Of a stretch of DNA of 64,000 nucleotides, positions 1 through 10,211 are shown in pieces. The stretch is from a virus. Position 1 is the stretch's first letter; each line of letters opens with the position of its first letter. The stretch spans positions 32,001-96,000 of IMG/VR virus record IMGVR_UViG_3300025849_000010. One strand, given 5' to 3'. The position numbers and the translations under genes were made by a program. Under the pieces are notes generated by a model. It did not search any database. It was given only the letters and a program-made list of their open reading frames with translations, and was not told the DNA's origin.

Positions 1-1
1 A

Positions 2-226
2 ATGTGCAGTAGGCGCCCTGCCATCATAATTTGGATCGTGCGGAGTAGGTACTGCAACAAATACAATGTCTCTGCCTTGTACTGCACCTTTGATAGTTGG
101 AAACATTTTTACCTGATAGCTACTATGCTTTGCAACATCGTACCCTGTAACATCGTGTCCTTTTGAAGCAATTGCTTCTGCACAAGGCATACCTAATTTG
201 CCTGTGCCTATAAATCCAATATTCAT
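2..226 (-). CDS. UDP-glucose/GDP-mannose dehydrogenase family protein, N-terminal part (runs off window)
   Basis: Manual translation MNIGFIGTGKLGMPCAEAIASKGHDVTGYD...DIVFVAVPTP shows a Rossmann GxGxxG, GYD and the VxVPTP motif typical of the family. Not in the ORF track. Confidence 0.85.
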   Translation of the reverse strand, partial: MNIGFIGTGKLGMPCAEAIASKGHDVTGYDVAKHSSYQVKMFPTIKGAVQGRDIVFVAVPTPHDPNYDGRAPTAH

Positions 227-243
227 GTCTACTATTCCATATT

Positions 244-267
244 AAGTGCGCATATAAATATATTTAT
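244..267. promoter_or_regulatory. Bidirectional T4-type late promoter (TATAAATA on +, TAAATA on -) with AAGTGCGCATATA motif
   Basis: TATAAATA at 253-260 and perfect palindrome ATAAATATATTTAT at 254-267, lying between divergent genes. Confidence 0.65.
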
Positions 268-303
268 GAATAGTAGCGATTGCAAACAGGAGTACTGAAT
301 TTC

Positions 304-1536
304 ATGAAATATTTTAAAGAATGGCTATCGAATGATAGATATATTCGAGAATGTGTTAGCGAAATCGGTTGCTTCCATCATTACAAAAAACATCTTGCTA
401 GACCTGAAAGGAAACAGTACGATAGTCAATATGTAATATTTGCGCATTACTCATACAAAAGCGGAATATACAGCGACAGTGATTTGTTTAAAGATATCAA
501 GCCAGAGTTTTTAAATAAACTTCGTGCAAGAGAATGTGTTTTTGTATTAGACGGAACTCACGAAGGATGGGCACCTGAGCATCACAACGTTGCGGTTGCA
601 TTATATAATAGTGCAATAAAACACAATATTGATCCAGCTGGTGTAACATTCCTAAGTGGCAATTTAAGAGAAAAAAGTAACTTTAGAATTTTCTATAATG
701 GCACTAACCAAACTAGTAACCCAATTAATGTTATTGAAATAATGCACTGGGACACAAATGTTAAACAGTGGGGAAGTAACGAGTCGGTTAGAAATAACAG
801 ATATACAGAACTTGATAAAAAGTATGACGGTACATTTTTCTTAAATTTAAATAGGCGTAATAGATTCTGGAGAAGTTATTGTGTGTACAAACTTCAAGAA
901 TCAGGACTGAGTAAATATGGAGCAATCAGTCACGACGAATTATCTCCCAATGAATATAGAGGCAACAAATACTTTAGTAGCGCAATGCAGAAAACGCTAG
1001 TAACTAATACGCCAATGATAGTCGACACTACTGACTTTCAAACTAACTGGGCAAACAATTTAGGCAGTGACTTGCAGAACAAAGTATTATTCAATTTGAC
1101 AAACGAAACTATGCAGAGCGATTGGTGTGAAACTAGTTTGTTTTATAGCGAAAAGACTTTCAAACCAATATTGCATAAAGTACCTGTAATCATTTGGGGA
1201 CAGACTGGGCAAAATTACAATCTACAAAGACTTGGATACAAACTATATACGGACTGGTTTAACTATGACTTTGATTTCGAAACTGACATTGTAAAACGAT
1301 GGGACAAACTGCAAGCAGAATTAATACGAGTATGCAACCACTTAGAGAAGATGTCTCGCAGTCAGCAGATCGAATGGTCTATGCAGAACAAGGAAGTGCT
1401 TGACTACAATGCTAACAGAATGCAGTACAACGAATATACTATAAATGAATTTTTAAGATTTACTGAAAATTGTAATAGATTTATTACTAGACAAAGTCCG
1501 GTAGACGACTCATACCAATCAAAAAATGTTTTCTAG
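304..1536 (+). CDS. Hypothetical protein, possibly glycosyltransferase-like (GT-B-type C-terminus)
   Basis: Long ORF; ATG at 304 follows AGGAG (288-292), preferred over TTG at 280. Motifs FLNLNRR, NETM..FYSEKTFKPI, LGYKLY..FNYDFD. Sugar-gene neighbourhood. Confidence 0.5.
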   Translation: MKYFKEWLSNDRYIRECVSEIGCFHHYKKHLARPERKQYDSQYVIFAHYSYKSGIYSDSDLFKDIKPEFLNKLRARECVFVLDGTHEGWAPEHHNVAVALYNSAIKHNIDPAGVTFLSGNLREKSNFRIFYNGTNQTSNPINVIEIMHWDTNVKQWGSNESVRNNRYTELDKKYDGTFFLNLNRRNRFWRSYCVYKLQESGLSKYGAISHDELSPNEYRGNKYFSSAMQKTLVTNTPMIVDTTDFQTNWANNLGSDLQNKVLFNLTNETMQSDWCETSLFYSEKTFKPILHKVPVIIWGQTGQNYNLQRLGYKLYTDWFNYDFDFETDIVKRWDKLQAELIRVCNHLEKMSRSQQIEWSMQNKEVLDYNANRMQYNEYTINEFLRFTENCNRFITRQSPVDDSYQSKNVF

Positions 1537-2907
1537 TTCAGGAAACGTTTCTGCAAAATTTGTTCCCCGGCGGCGATCGTGTTCTTTAAACCAAGCAACA
1601 AAATCCTTGCGGCCTATTTCTAATTTGTCTTGACTGTACTCAGTAGTGCGCATGTAGTCTACAACACGACGAAACTTTTCATATTCAAGTTTAGAAAACT
1701 TATTAACATCATATTCATCTAGATTACTTTGGATAAAAGCTAAATGACTTTCCATATAACTCATAAAGTGCTTAGGCAAAATATTCATATCATACTGGAT
1801 CGGTTCTTTTAAATACGGAGTGTCAAAGCGGATACGAGTTGTATCATTTTGATAATGCGCTCTCCATTCTAAAAACTTTTCAAGTAATGATTGAAATGTC
1901 GTTACACTTAGTATGTTAAATGTAACCATAAATGTAATAGGCTGATCAGTTTTTGTCATCCAAGTGTCAAAATTCTTTTCCCATACATTTAGATCTAAGT
2001 TAGTTCTAATGTACTCTGCAGGTTTACCCCAGGTATCTAAACTAGTAAACAATTTAAACTTTTTAATTTTCTTTTCTTCTATTAGCTTGTTTACTCTTTC
2101 AGCAAGTCTTACTACTAAAATATTTTTTACTGCTAGGTTAGAATTTATGTTTATTTCAAGATGCGGCTTCGGATCTCTATCTAGTTCATCTAGCAATCTC
2201 CACATACTCTGCTGCAACAATGGTTCCCCGCCTGTGATGCGTAAAATGTTTAATGTTTTACTAACTTCGGGCCACCATTCCCACCATGCTGCTACATAAG
2301 GGTTTTCTTCTTCCTTTTTGTAAATGTTTAATTTGTTTATATGCTGGGTATGATTTTTAACCATATTATATGGGCCAAATTGTTCTATTTCTTTATAGTA
2401 ACTACTACTAGCCTTAGGATGACAATATCCGCATTTTAGATTACACTCGTTACCAAACGACACTTCGATGTATTCAGGATTAATATTAAAGTCCCAGTCG
2501 TTATTAATAATTTCAGCAAGTCGATGTTTATTGTAAATACCCGAATTTCGTTCATGCCTGTCACTGACATAATCTTTGCCCATACATTCAATGTTCCAGC
2601 AGTACTGACATCCACTAGGTTTTTCACCTTGCAACATTAGCTTACGCTGTTCTTTCTTTTCTTGGGTGTTATGTAACGCACTAGGATTTTCTTTTATTTC
2701 GTGTAACGGAATCTTATGTGGAGCAGGGTGATAACAACTGTGTGTTTCTCCTGTTTGTAAATAGATAGTTGTGTGGTGCCACTTTGCTAAACAAAATGTT
2801 GGAGACACTTTATCTGTAATTTGTTTTACTTCTGCCATTCGATCAATTGGATCTTTTACAATCTTCAGTCGCCGAGCAAGTTTTTTAACTAGCTTATTCA
2901 ATGTCAA
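1519..2907 (-). CDS. Radical SAM protein with N-terminal Twitch/SPASM-like Cys cluster
   Basis: CNLKCGYC (CxxxCxxC), ITGGEPLL, and N-terminal CLAKW..SCYH..CQYCW. Confidence 0.85.
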   Translation of the reverse strand: MTLNKLVKKLARRLKIVKDPIDRMAEVKQITDKVSPTFCLAKWHHTTIYLQTGETHSCYHPAPHKIPLHEIKENPSALHNTQEKKEQRKLMLQGEKPSGCQYCWNIECMGKDYVSDRHERNSGIYNKHRLAEIINNDWDFNINPEYIEVSFGNECNLKCGYCHPKASSSYYKEIEQFGPYNMVKNHTQHINKLNIYKKEEENPYVAAWWEWWPEVSKTLNILRITGGEPLLQQSMWRLLDELDRDPKPHLEININSNLAVKNILVVRLAERVNKLIEEKKIKKFKLFTSLDTWGKPAEYIRTNLDLNVWEKNFDTWMTKTDQPITFMVTFNILSVTTFQSLLEKFLEWRAHYQNDTTRIRFDTPYLKEPIQYDMNILPKHFMSYMESHLAFIQSNLDEYDVNKFSKLEYEKFRRVVDYMRTTEYSQDKLEIGRKDFVAWFKEHDRRRGTNFAETFPELENIF

Positions 2908-3793
2908 TAAATCCTTGTCCTGTTCGATCAGTGTTGCTATAGCTTTGTTTAAACATTTCGCTTTGTGTCGAATTTAAAAAGTTATCTACAGGAATGTTTA
3001 ATTCACGCTGTAGTATAATACCTTGTTCATTAATAGCATCTTCAATGTTATCTTCGTTAATATTATCCCACATTGTGTTAAGATATTTAAAGTCTCTAAC
3101 ATTAACATAATCCCAATCTGATAAGTTTGTCATTATGCAGCCTTGGCGAGCTCCGTACATTGCCCATAGCCCATTGTCTACATCAGCACCTACCATTTGC
3201 CAAATCATTAATCTGTGTAGATTTTGCCAGTACACTTCCTGCGTAAATGTAGAAGGATTAAACTTCTTTCCTTGATCTAGACACATTTTAACACCTTCAC
3301 GAAAGCCTGCTCTCCAGGCTTGGTGTGCAGTTGCATTATTGTATACTTTAGAATAACAACTATTCATTTGTATATAATCTAAGTTCCAGCAAAACTCTAC
3401 TTGTGCAGCAATATTATCCGACTCGCTTGCTTCGTGTGTTTTCATGTTTAATACAACTTCTTTTGGCCAACATTTAAGGCCGCCATTACCGTATAACAAT
3501 CCATTAACAACATTATAGCCGCACCAACTAAGCACAGCGTTCTCCATATAAGGATGTTGTTTAAAGTCTATTTCTTGTTCTAGGAAATCGGCATATATTT
3601 TATTGTCGCCGTCTACTGTAATGAATCGTTCTGTTTCACTTAATTCAGCGCAAGCCTTATGTGCTGCGTCAGATCCTTCTACGCCATGTACACGTTTTGC
3701 CCAAGGTGCTTTAGTTAAAAGATCAGCATAGTTTTCTTCTGCATTAGGTTCGTCATATGACAAGTATATAATATCAATATCTTTAATCTTCAT
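2894..3793 (-). CDS. Glycosyltransferase, GT-A (GT2-like) fold
   Basis: IIYLSYDE N-terminal strand and TVDGD (DxD); paralogous to the adjacent gene. Confidence 0.65.
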   Translation of the reverse strand: MKIKDIDIIYLSYDEPNAEENYADLLTKAPWAKRVHGVEGSDAAHKACAELSETERFITVDGDNKIYADFLEQEIDFKQHPYMENAVLSWCGYNVVNGLLYGNGGLKCWPKEVVLNMKTHEASESDNIAAQVEFCWNLDYIQMNSCYSKVYNNATAHQAWRAGFREGVKMCLDQGKKFNPSTFTQEVYWQNLHRLMIWQMVGADVDNGLWAMYGARQGCIMTNLSDWDYVNVRDFKYLNTMWDNINEDNIEDAINEQGIILQRELNIPVDNFLNSTQSEMFKQSYSNTDRTGQGFIDIE

Positions 3794-5120
3794 TTTTAAA
3801 ACGTTCCCTTAACCAGTCAAAGTCGTTAATTTTCTTAAGAGCAGTAGGATCATTGACGTTTGCTTCGCCATACTCTTGTCCTTGTTTTGCTCCTCTTTGT
3901 GCGTATTCTCCATAGCGTCTGTTTGCGCCCTCATACTGCCACTGTGTTAATCTATATTCTGTTTCATCGTTATGCTGCCTGTCGATTGAACGAGCAGATA
4001 ATTTTACACATTCTCTAAATGCGCTCTTCCACGTATTAAACGGATCAGTATTAAATGCAGTAATATTAGACACAATAGGCATTGGCTTAAAATACGGACT
4101 AATACTAGTTGTCATATCAGCAGTATCAGTATCCATATTTAAAGTAAGTTTTCTCGGTAGTAATTTAATTCCGCCATATCCGTAAACTAGGTCATTAATA
4201 GGATTCTTACTACGCCAAACATGTACAAATTTTAATTCGTTATCAGGCACAGTGTAAGTAAATTTAAATTCTTCATCAATACGTGCATCGCCGTCAACTA
4301 CCCAAAACATCGGACTAGTACACAGTTCTGCGGCCTTTATGTGTGCTTGATGTATACCCTTTACTCCGTGTACTCTTTGAGCTCTTGGAAAACGAGCTTT
4401 CAATGATTGCCAATTTTCTTCTGCATTAGGTTCGTCATAACTTATGAATACAATGTCATAACGACTTGCAATATTTTCTTTAATGCTTTTACTAATACGA
4501 TGCGGGCTCTTATATACAGTTTTGTAAAATTTACTTTGTGATTCTGTGTATGGTTCATCAGAAATAGGCAACGAATCATACTCACTAGCTGCAAGGTATT
4601 TCTTAAGTGCAGCTCTTGCTCCTTTGATTGCCCATTCGCCGTGTTTAACATCATTCCCAATATTCGACCATATTAATAACTTTTTTCGATCAATACTAGA
4701 AAATGGAACATCTTTAACAAGTTTTTCAATTTCTATAAATGCTGAATTATAGGCCTGTTCAGCAGTAGTAGCATGATAAACTACTGTTCCGTATTGTGGT
4801 ATATCAAATGCATAATCTTCTCCGCCTTTCCAGTAAACCCCCGAAGATGAATACGACAAACTGTTTACTATACTAATATTGCTCCAGTGTATTGTTGAAC
4901 GCTTAACACTTTCTTCAAATATCAACGGAGTTGACATAAACGACTTAGTTAATTTTGCATCATCTGTTATTGCAAAAAAGTTCGTGTCAGGCAAGGTATC
5001 TGTTCGTACTATCCAAGGTATAGCATTTTTTGCTGCATAAAAGTTTTCTTCAGCATTAGGTGCGCCTTGATCAAAAAAGTAAAAGTCGTAGTCTGCAAGT
5101 TTTAGTTGAAAATCACTCAT
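3783..5120 (-). CDS. Tandem two-domain glycosyltransferase-like protein (degenerate N-domain, intact C-domain)
   Basis: PNAEEN motif occurs twice; C-domain has IVFISYDE and VVDGD. Confidence 0.65.
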   Translation of the reverse strand: MSDFQLKLADYDFYFFDQGAPNAEENFYAAKNAIPWIVRTDTLPDTNFFAITDDAKLTKSFMSTPLIFEESVKRSTIHWSNISIVNSLSYSSSGVYWKGGEDYAFDIPQYGTVVYHATTAEQAYNSAFIEIEKLVKDVPFSSIDRKKLLIWSNIGNDVKHGEWAIKGARAALKKYLAASEYDSLPISDEPYTESQSKFYKTVYKSPHRISKSIKENIASRYDIVFISYDEPNAEENWQSLKARFPRAQRVHGVKGIHQAHIKAAELCTSPMFWVVDGDARIDEEFKFTYTVPDNELKFVHVWRSKNPINDLVYGYGGIKLLPRKLTLNMDTDTADMTTSISPYFKPMPIVSNITAFNTDPFNTWKSAFRECVKLSARSIDRQHNDETEYRLTQWQYEGANRRYGEYAQRGAKQGQEYGEANVNDPTALKKINDFDWLRERFKNED

Positions 5121-5634
5121 ATGCTATCCCTACGTTTTCTACGTGTGCAGGCACAAATATATCTATATCTTTAGTAAAGCACTCGTCTACGTGTATATTA
5201 ATATCATCGTCAAATAAAATTGTTTTATATAAAATATGAAAACAATTCTTTGCGCAAATGTAAAACACATTTGAATTCAAAAACTCTCCTTCAAATCGTA
5301 ACGTTTTATTTGTTGAGTTTATGTATATCATATTCTTACATGATGCTGTAGGAATTTTGTAAAAAGAATGTTCTGTTGTAATAGATATATCTGTGTTAAT
5401 TTTTTCAATTACAAAATTATCACCTAACTGCACTACAGTATAATTGTGTTTAAGTATGTCACCATTAAGAAATTTTTCCGCTAGACTCTCACTGATATTA
5501 ATAGAGTTGTCTGGAGCATCTCCCGAATGAGAAAAGACAGCCGTTATTCTATTTTCACTATCGTATGACACATAGTATTTTAATGTACGAGCTAACATCT
5601 GATGACGACGAATGTCGTCTAATATACTACTCAT
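5113..5634 (-). CDS. Hypothetical protein
   Basis: 173-aa ORF overlapping both neighbours by 8 nt in the operon. Confidence 0.6.
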   Translation of the reverse strand: MSSILDDIRRHQMLARTLKYYVSYDSENRITAVFSHSGDAPDNSINISESLAEKFLNGDILKHNYTVVQLGDNFVIEKINTDISITTEHSFYKIPTASCKNMIYINSTNKTLRFEGEFLNSNVFYICAKNCFHILYKTILFDDDINIHVDECFTKDIDIFVPAHVENVGIAYE

Positions 5635-6403
5635 TGAACAACTCCTTTACGTCTGTTGGTAAGAAATCGTCTTCAACATAATGTAATATATCATTCAACA
5701 TATACGAATCTAACATAATTTTTCCGTGAAACGTGTAAACTGGAATTCTATTAGTTACAGTATCTGACGGTGTATTCCAATCTTGCATTTTGGGTTTTAA
5801 ATGTATAAAGGTAGGCACTGTTGTATTATCAGTAGTAGCACTCTCTAGTCCTAATATTTTTATAGCAAGTGCCATGTTTAAATCAATACTTTGTCCAGAC
5901 TGGTATGTGTTCTTTAAAAACTTACTATAATAAGATTTCCAATTAAGCGTAATATCTTTCAATAGCTCAAACACTAATTTAGAAGTAGGTGTCTTTTTAA
6001 AATAATAAAATGCTGTGTATAAATTAGGCAAACTATTCTTTACAAAAGTTTTTCTATAATAGTCGCTTGTTGCAATAGTATTTCTATAGGTTAAAACATT
6101 AGTTGTAAAAAACATATCATGATGTGAAAACTTATCCCACCAATGGTCTACGTTTCGACAAAATACCATATCAGCATCAAGTACAATTGTTTCTTCATAA
6201 GGAGACATCTCATATGCTCGCCAGCGATTCTCTATTTTCCATTCACTGTCTTTTGCGTAATCGTCTTTAATGTCTTTATCAGTAATAATAGTTACGTTGT
6301 TTATGCTATTAAATTTTTTAATACTTGCTGCTAACAATTCTGCTTGTTTTACATAATCAGTCTTACCGTTGTTTTGTGCGAAAATGACATAGCCTTTACT
6401 CAT
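5627..6403 (-). CDS. Nucleotide-diphospho-sugar transferase (GT8-like)
   Basis: SPYEETIVLDADM (DxD) and late FIHLK motif. Confidence 0.65.
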   Translation of the reverse strand: MSKGYVIFAQNNGKTDYVKQAELLAASIKKFNSINNVTIITDKDIKDDYAKDSEWKIENRWRAYEMSPYEETIVLDADMVFCRNVDHWWDKFSHHDMFFTTNVLTYRNTIATSDYYRKTFVKNSLPNLYTAFYYFKKTPTSKLVFELLKDITLNWKSYYSKFLKNTYQSGQSIDLNMALAIKILGLESATTDNTTVPTFIHLKPKMQDWNTPSDTVTNRIPVYTFHGKIMLDSYMLNDILHYVEDDFLPTDVKELFNE

Positions 6404-7256
6404 TTACAAACTCCTTGTCGATTAGATCATTTAAGTGAAGTTTATTCATAATGTGTATATTCATACCTTCAACCGAGACTATGTTAACTTTGTCTATTCT
6501 TGATTTTTGTCCTAAAACAAACGTATACTTTCCATCTTTAATAGTTAGCAAGTCATCTTGAGGACTAGTATATAACATTTTGCCAGGTAACTGACACGGC
6601 CAATTAGTTTCTTGGTATCCGTTGAGCATATGCAATGCTATACTAAAGGCGTAATCATTTCTATAAAGTTTTAGAGGTATACGATACAATGTCCTAAAAT
6701 AATGATAATGTTCTTTAATATAATTTACTAGTTCAAATAGTTTTTTAGTTCGTTCAGTTTTCTTAAAAACTAATACAGTTGCCCACCAAAAATCAATAGC
6801 TTCATCGGATATTTTGTCAAAGCCTTTTATATTTCTTTTATATGCAATATCGCAACTATCTCTAAACATAAACAAATCTGATGGCTGATCTAATACTTTT
6901 AGGAAACTGCTATTATTGATTAAGTAATCTGTATCTATTACAATAGTAGTGTCAAATGGAGTTATGTCATAAGCACTTGCCCGATTTACATTTTTCCATT
7001 CTGCACGTATACTGTGATGTTCACCGCCGAAAAATTCTCTATTTTGAAAGTTAGATTCCCGTGGCATTTGAAAAATTACATCATCTACGTATTTTTTATA
7101 CCATGGATATGTTTTTTCAAGATAACTTACACTGTCAGTCACAATAACTACAGGCAATTTTAAATGCTGTTTTACTAGCTTTGCGTTATATATTGCTTGT
7201 TTAACATAGTCTATTGCAGTGTTGTTATATGCAAACAAGAGTACTCCTGTTGTCAT
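6396..7256 (-). CDS. Nucleotide-diphospho-sugar transferase (GT8-like), paralog of the previous gene
   Basis: TPFDTTIVIDTDY (DxD); shared N-terminus FAxNN..DYVKQA. Confidence 0.65.
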   Translation of the reverse strand: MTTGVLLFAYNNTAIDYVKQAIYNAKLVKQHLKLPVVIVTDSVSYLEKTYPWYKKYVDDVIFQMPRESNFQNREFFGGEHHSIRAEWKNVNRASAYDITPFDTTIVIDTDYLINNSSFLKVLDQPSDLFMFRDSCDIAYKRNIKGFDKISDEAIDFWWATVLVFKKTERTKKLFELVNYIKEHYHYFRTLYRIPLKLYRNDYAFSIALHMLNGYQETNWPCQLPGKMLYTSPQDDLLTIKDGKYTFVLGQKSRIDKVNIVSVEGMNIHIMNKLHLNDLIDKEFVNE

Positions 7257-7597
7257 AGAGATAGCAAATCCTCTAACTTTCGAGATTTCAAAATTGCATC
7301 TTCATACTGCAAAAAATATGTCTCCGTTGCAGACTTGTATGTGTCAGTAACTAATTTTAAAAATTCTATAATATTAGTAATTTTTATAGGAATGTCGTTG
7401 TCATCTGTAATAACACTAATTTCATTTTCAAATGCTGTTTGTAAAAATGCAATTAGTTCTTTATTAGCAGTAAACTTTCCACCATTGAAGAATACAATGA
7501 TTGCTTCTTGAAACTGTTCTTTCAGTAGCCGCTTTTGATTGTTAATAGTGTCAATATGATGTATATCTTCTAATACTGTCTTTAATCGTTGATCCAT
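7253..7597 (-). CDS. Hypothetical protein
   Basis: 114-aa ORF with GGAG SD; first gene after a sigma70-like promoter. Confidence 0.65.
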   Translation of the reverse strand: MDQRLKTVLEDIHHIDTINNQKRLLKEQFQEAIIVFFNGGKFTANKELIAFLQTAFENEISVITDDNDIPIKITNIIEFLKLVTDTYKSATETYFLQYEDAILKSRKLEDLLSL

Positions 7598-7619
7598 TTA
7601 GACTCCGCCTTTATAGTAT

Positions 7620-7648
7620 ATATTACACTATAAAGTTAAAGTTGTCAA
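7620..7648 (-). promoter_or_regulatory. Sigma70-like promoter for the glycosyltransferase operon
   Basis: Minus strand TTGACA (7648-7643), 17 nt, TAATAT (7625-7620). Confidence 0.65.
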
Positions 7649-7657
7649 GAGCGATTT

Positions 7658-9193
7658 TTAAGCAAATCCAGCAAAGGTTGGTTCTACTATAACAGTAGTG
7701 CTTGTAGATGCGTCTACTGAACTAACATAGCTTGTAAATTCAACGGTGTAGTCTTGAGCGGCTGCACCAGTTTTTAGCAATGTTGCTTCCCAGTTAATAT
7801 TAACGGCTGCTGAACTGTTTCCAGTAAGAATGCCACTGTTATACAATACCGTTCCCGAAGTGTTTGAACCTTGGAAAATACGTATTCGAAGTGTACCTGC
7901 AATGTCAGGACTTCCTCTAAGCAATCCAAAGAATGTCCAATTAGAAGCACCGGCTTTTGATGCGACACCTCTAACTTTTACCGACCAGTTGTCTGCAGGT
8001 ATAGTAAATGTTTTTGTCCAAGCAGTACCGTTAGTGTCTCCGGAACTAAATGGCCCAATAGTAGGTATAGCAGGACTAGATACTAGCGGCGGGATGTCTG
8101 TGATTTCTGAAACTGTCCAGGTAGGATTAGTTACATTAGTTACTGACGGATTAGCCCCAACCGTATTAAATAAAGGGTTAGTGCCAGCTGTAATTGTTTT
8201 TACAGAAACCCAAGAAGCTACTCCGGCGTTTACATTTTCATCTCGAGGATCGTCTGGCCAATTTTTTAATGATCGATCATAATCCGAACACGTTACTTTT
8301 GCTGTGATTACTGTATTAGCAGCATTACGTTTAAGTTCTACTTTAGTCTGATTCATTTCATATAATGCATCGGTTGAATCAAGTTTTAAGACAAATTGTG
8401 CATAATCAGTTCCAAGTACATTAAAAATAGAACGGTCAACTCGAAAATCTATAGGGTTAGATACATTTAAATGATTATACCACCAGTTTCTCTTGGCTTG
8501 CGTTCGAGGACTAGTATACGGAACTCCTGAACTATTAGTTAGTCTAATAGAAAAGATTAACTCTCCCCCCATATCAAAAAATCTATCTCTATTTGCAGTC
8601 GAGCTAAATGTAATAGAAAATTCTCTAGATATTCTACCCCTAGCGTTGTCGCCTGCTTGTTGATCGCCAGTTTTGCCTTCGTCAACTTCAATGTCTGATC
8701 CGCCGCCCCAGTCAGTTGGACTAACATCTCCAGCTTGGGCACTGGTAGCGGGATTAGTAAATTGATTAGCGGCGTGTACGCCTGCCATACCTTCTGCAAT
8801 TTCTAATGAAAGTTGAAGGTCATTATATCCGGTAATAGTATCTCTAGGTCCTGAAATATCTCCATTTTCATCATATACATATCCGTCACCTGCTAGAATA
8901 GCATCGCCTTCGTTGTATTCTGTAAATGATGGTTGGCTAGTGGGAAGTCCTACATCAGCGCTGCCTAGTTGATGAACTCTTAACCAATAATAGATTGCAA
9001 ATGCTTTATCAAAATGAACATTATTAAGTGTTTCGCCTGCTGTTACTGCATCAAATGATCCTTCGGCTCCTAGGTACGTATTGATCATAGTAGTACTGAC
9101 GCCGTATGTACCTGCTAGAGCTATTATTCTAGTTCGTAAATCATTGTAATGTGCTGCGGTAATCTCGTCACCGACTGATACTACTTCTCCCAT
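7658..9193 (-). CDS. Virion structural protein (tail/baseplate associated)
   Basis: 511 aa, Gly/Thr/Ser-rich; paralog of the next gene (ITAxxxNxLRTxI, FFDMGGEL vs FWNTGGEL); sits in the tail operon. Confidence 0.55.
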   Translation of the reverse strand: MGEVVSVGDEITAAHYNDLRTRIIALAGTYGVSTTMINTYLGAEGSFDAVTAGETLNNVHFDKAFAIYYWLRVHQLGSADVGLPTSQPSFTEYNEGDAILAGDGYVYDENGDISGPRDTITGYNDLQLSLEIAEGMAGVHAANQFTNPATSAQAGDVSPTDWGGGSDIEVDEGKTGDQQAGDNARGRISREFSITFSSTANRDRFFDMGGELIFSIRLTNSSGVPYTSPRTQAKRNWWYNHLNVSNPIDFRVDRSIFNVLGTDYAQFVLKLDSTDALYEMNQTKVELKRNAANTVITAKVTCSDYDRSLKNWPDDPRDENVNAGVASWVSVKTITAGTNPLFNTVGANPSVTNVTNPTWTVSEITDIPPLVSSPAIPTIGPFSSGDTNGTAWTKTFTIPADNWSVKVRGVASKAGASNWTFFGLLRGSPDIAGTLRIRIFQGSNTSGTVLYNSGILTGNSSAAVNINWEATLLKTGAAAQDYTVEFTSYVSSVDASTSTTVIVEPTFAGFA

Positions 9194-9209
9194 ATATAAC
9201 TCCTATCTA

Positions 9210-10208
9210 TTAAAGCGTGTTGCCGTTTAGAAAAGTGATACTCGGAGAAGGTGCCGTTACGTATTCAGTATCAGCACGATACTCAGAAAGTTTAATAATT
9301 GTTCCCGGTTGCACAGTTTCGTCTACTGGAATAGGAGGAGTAAAAGACTGACCGTCTCCAACATCTGCATCTACACATGTTACTTTTAAGTAAACTATTT
9401 GCGAGTTTCCGTTACTATTTAAAACTTGGTCACACTTTGCTTGTATTGTTATATAGTTCTCTGCATATAACGAGTTTGTATTTGTGGCCCAATAACCTAC
9501 TTGCTGGTAAGAATTAGTAAGCCCTGACCATCCTTCGTTAATAAGACTAGCTGTACCAGCTGATTGACGAGCTTTTAAATAATAACTAAAGTTAGACATA
9601 ATGTCTCGCCAATGCACATTTTTAGCATCAGAAGTATCAATGTGCTGACCAGTTATTCTAAGCTCGCCGCCTGTATTCCAAAAACGTCTAGCTGCTGCCG
9701 GTGTACCGAAATCAATTTTAAATTCGCAATCAATACTTGCCGTTGTTGCAGAATTTCCCCAAACTGCCGACCTAGTTGTACTTAACTTATCGTATTCATT
9801 TCTTGACCCTAGTGCATGAAGTCCATTATTTAACGCAACTTTAGCTCTAGTAATTTCTAATTCTAAATCTTCGTATCCTGCAAGTTCGTCGTCAAGAACA
9901 ACATCTCCTAATTCATTTAATCGATATGTTGCATCGTCGCCGACAATATCTGCTGGGTCGATTTGAGAAAGTGTAGTTGGCAATGCGCCAGTTTGGTGTA
10001 CACGAGCAGCAACAATAGCATTATACAATTGCCTATGTTCTGTTGCGCCAATAACTCCGCCTCTTGCAGCAGGATTAATTATATAATTCTGCCCGTATCC
10101 ACCGAAGTTAATATTTAATTCCGGATTGCTATTAAAATCATTATTGTTAACAACATTTAATATCTGAGTACGTAATCTATTAAACGCTTCTGCCGTAATA
10201 CTCGCCAT
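9210..10208 (-). CDS. Virion structural protein, paralog of 7658-9193
   Basis: Shared motifs RVHQxG, GYxDLxL, GGEL, VTCxDxD, DExV. Confidence 0.55.
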   Translation of the reverse strand: MASITAEAFNRLRTQILNVVNNNDFNSNPELNINFGGYGQNYIINPAARGGVIGATEHRQLYNAIVAARVHQTGALPTTLSQIDPADIVGDDATYRLNELGDVVLDDELAGYEDLELEITRAKVALNNGLHALGSRNEYDKLSTTRSAVWGNSATTASIDCEFKIDFGTPAAARRFWNTGGELRITGQHIDTSDAKNVHWRDIMSNFSYYLKARQSAGTASLINEGWSGLTNSYQQVGYWATNTNSLYAENYITIQAKCDQVLNSNGNSQIVYLKVTCVDADVGDGQSFTPPIPVDETVQPGTIIKLSEYRADTEYVTAPSPSITFLNGNTL

Positions 10209-10211
10209 AAT

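Noticed and set aside
1519-2907. Radical SAM enzyme as the PqqE partner of phage PqqA
   Set aside because: The auxiliary Cys cluster is N-terminal rather than a C-terminal SPASM domain, no PqqD-like neighbour is evident, it is 57 kb away and it sits in a glycosyltransferase operon.
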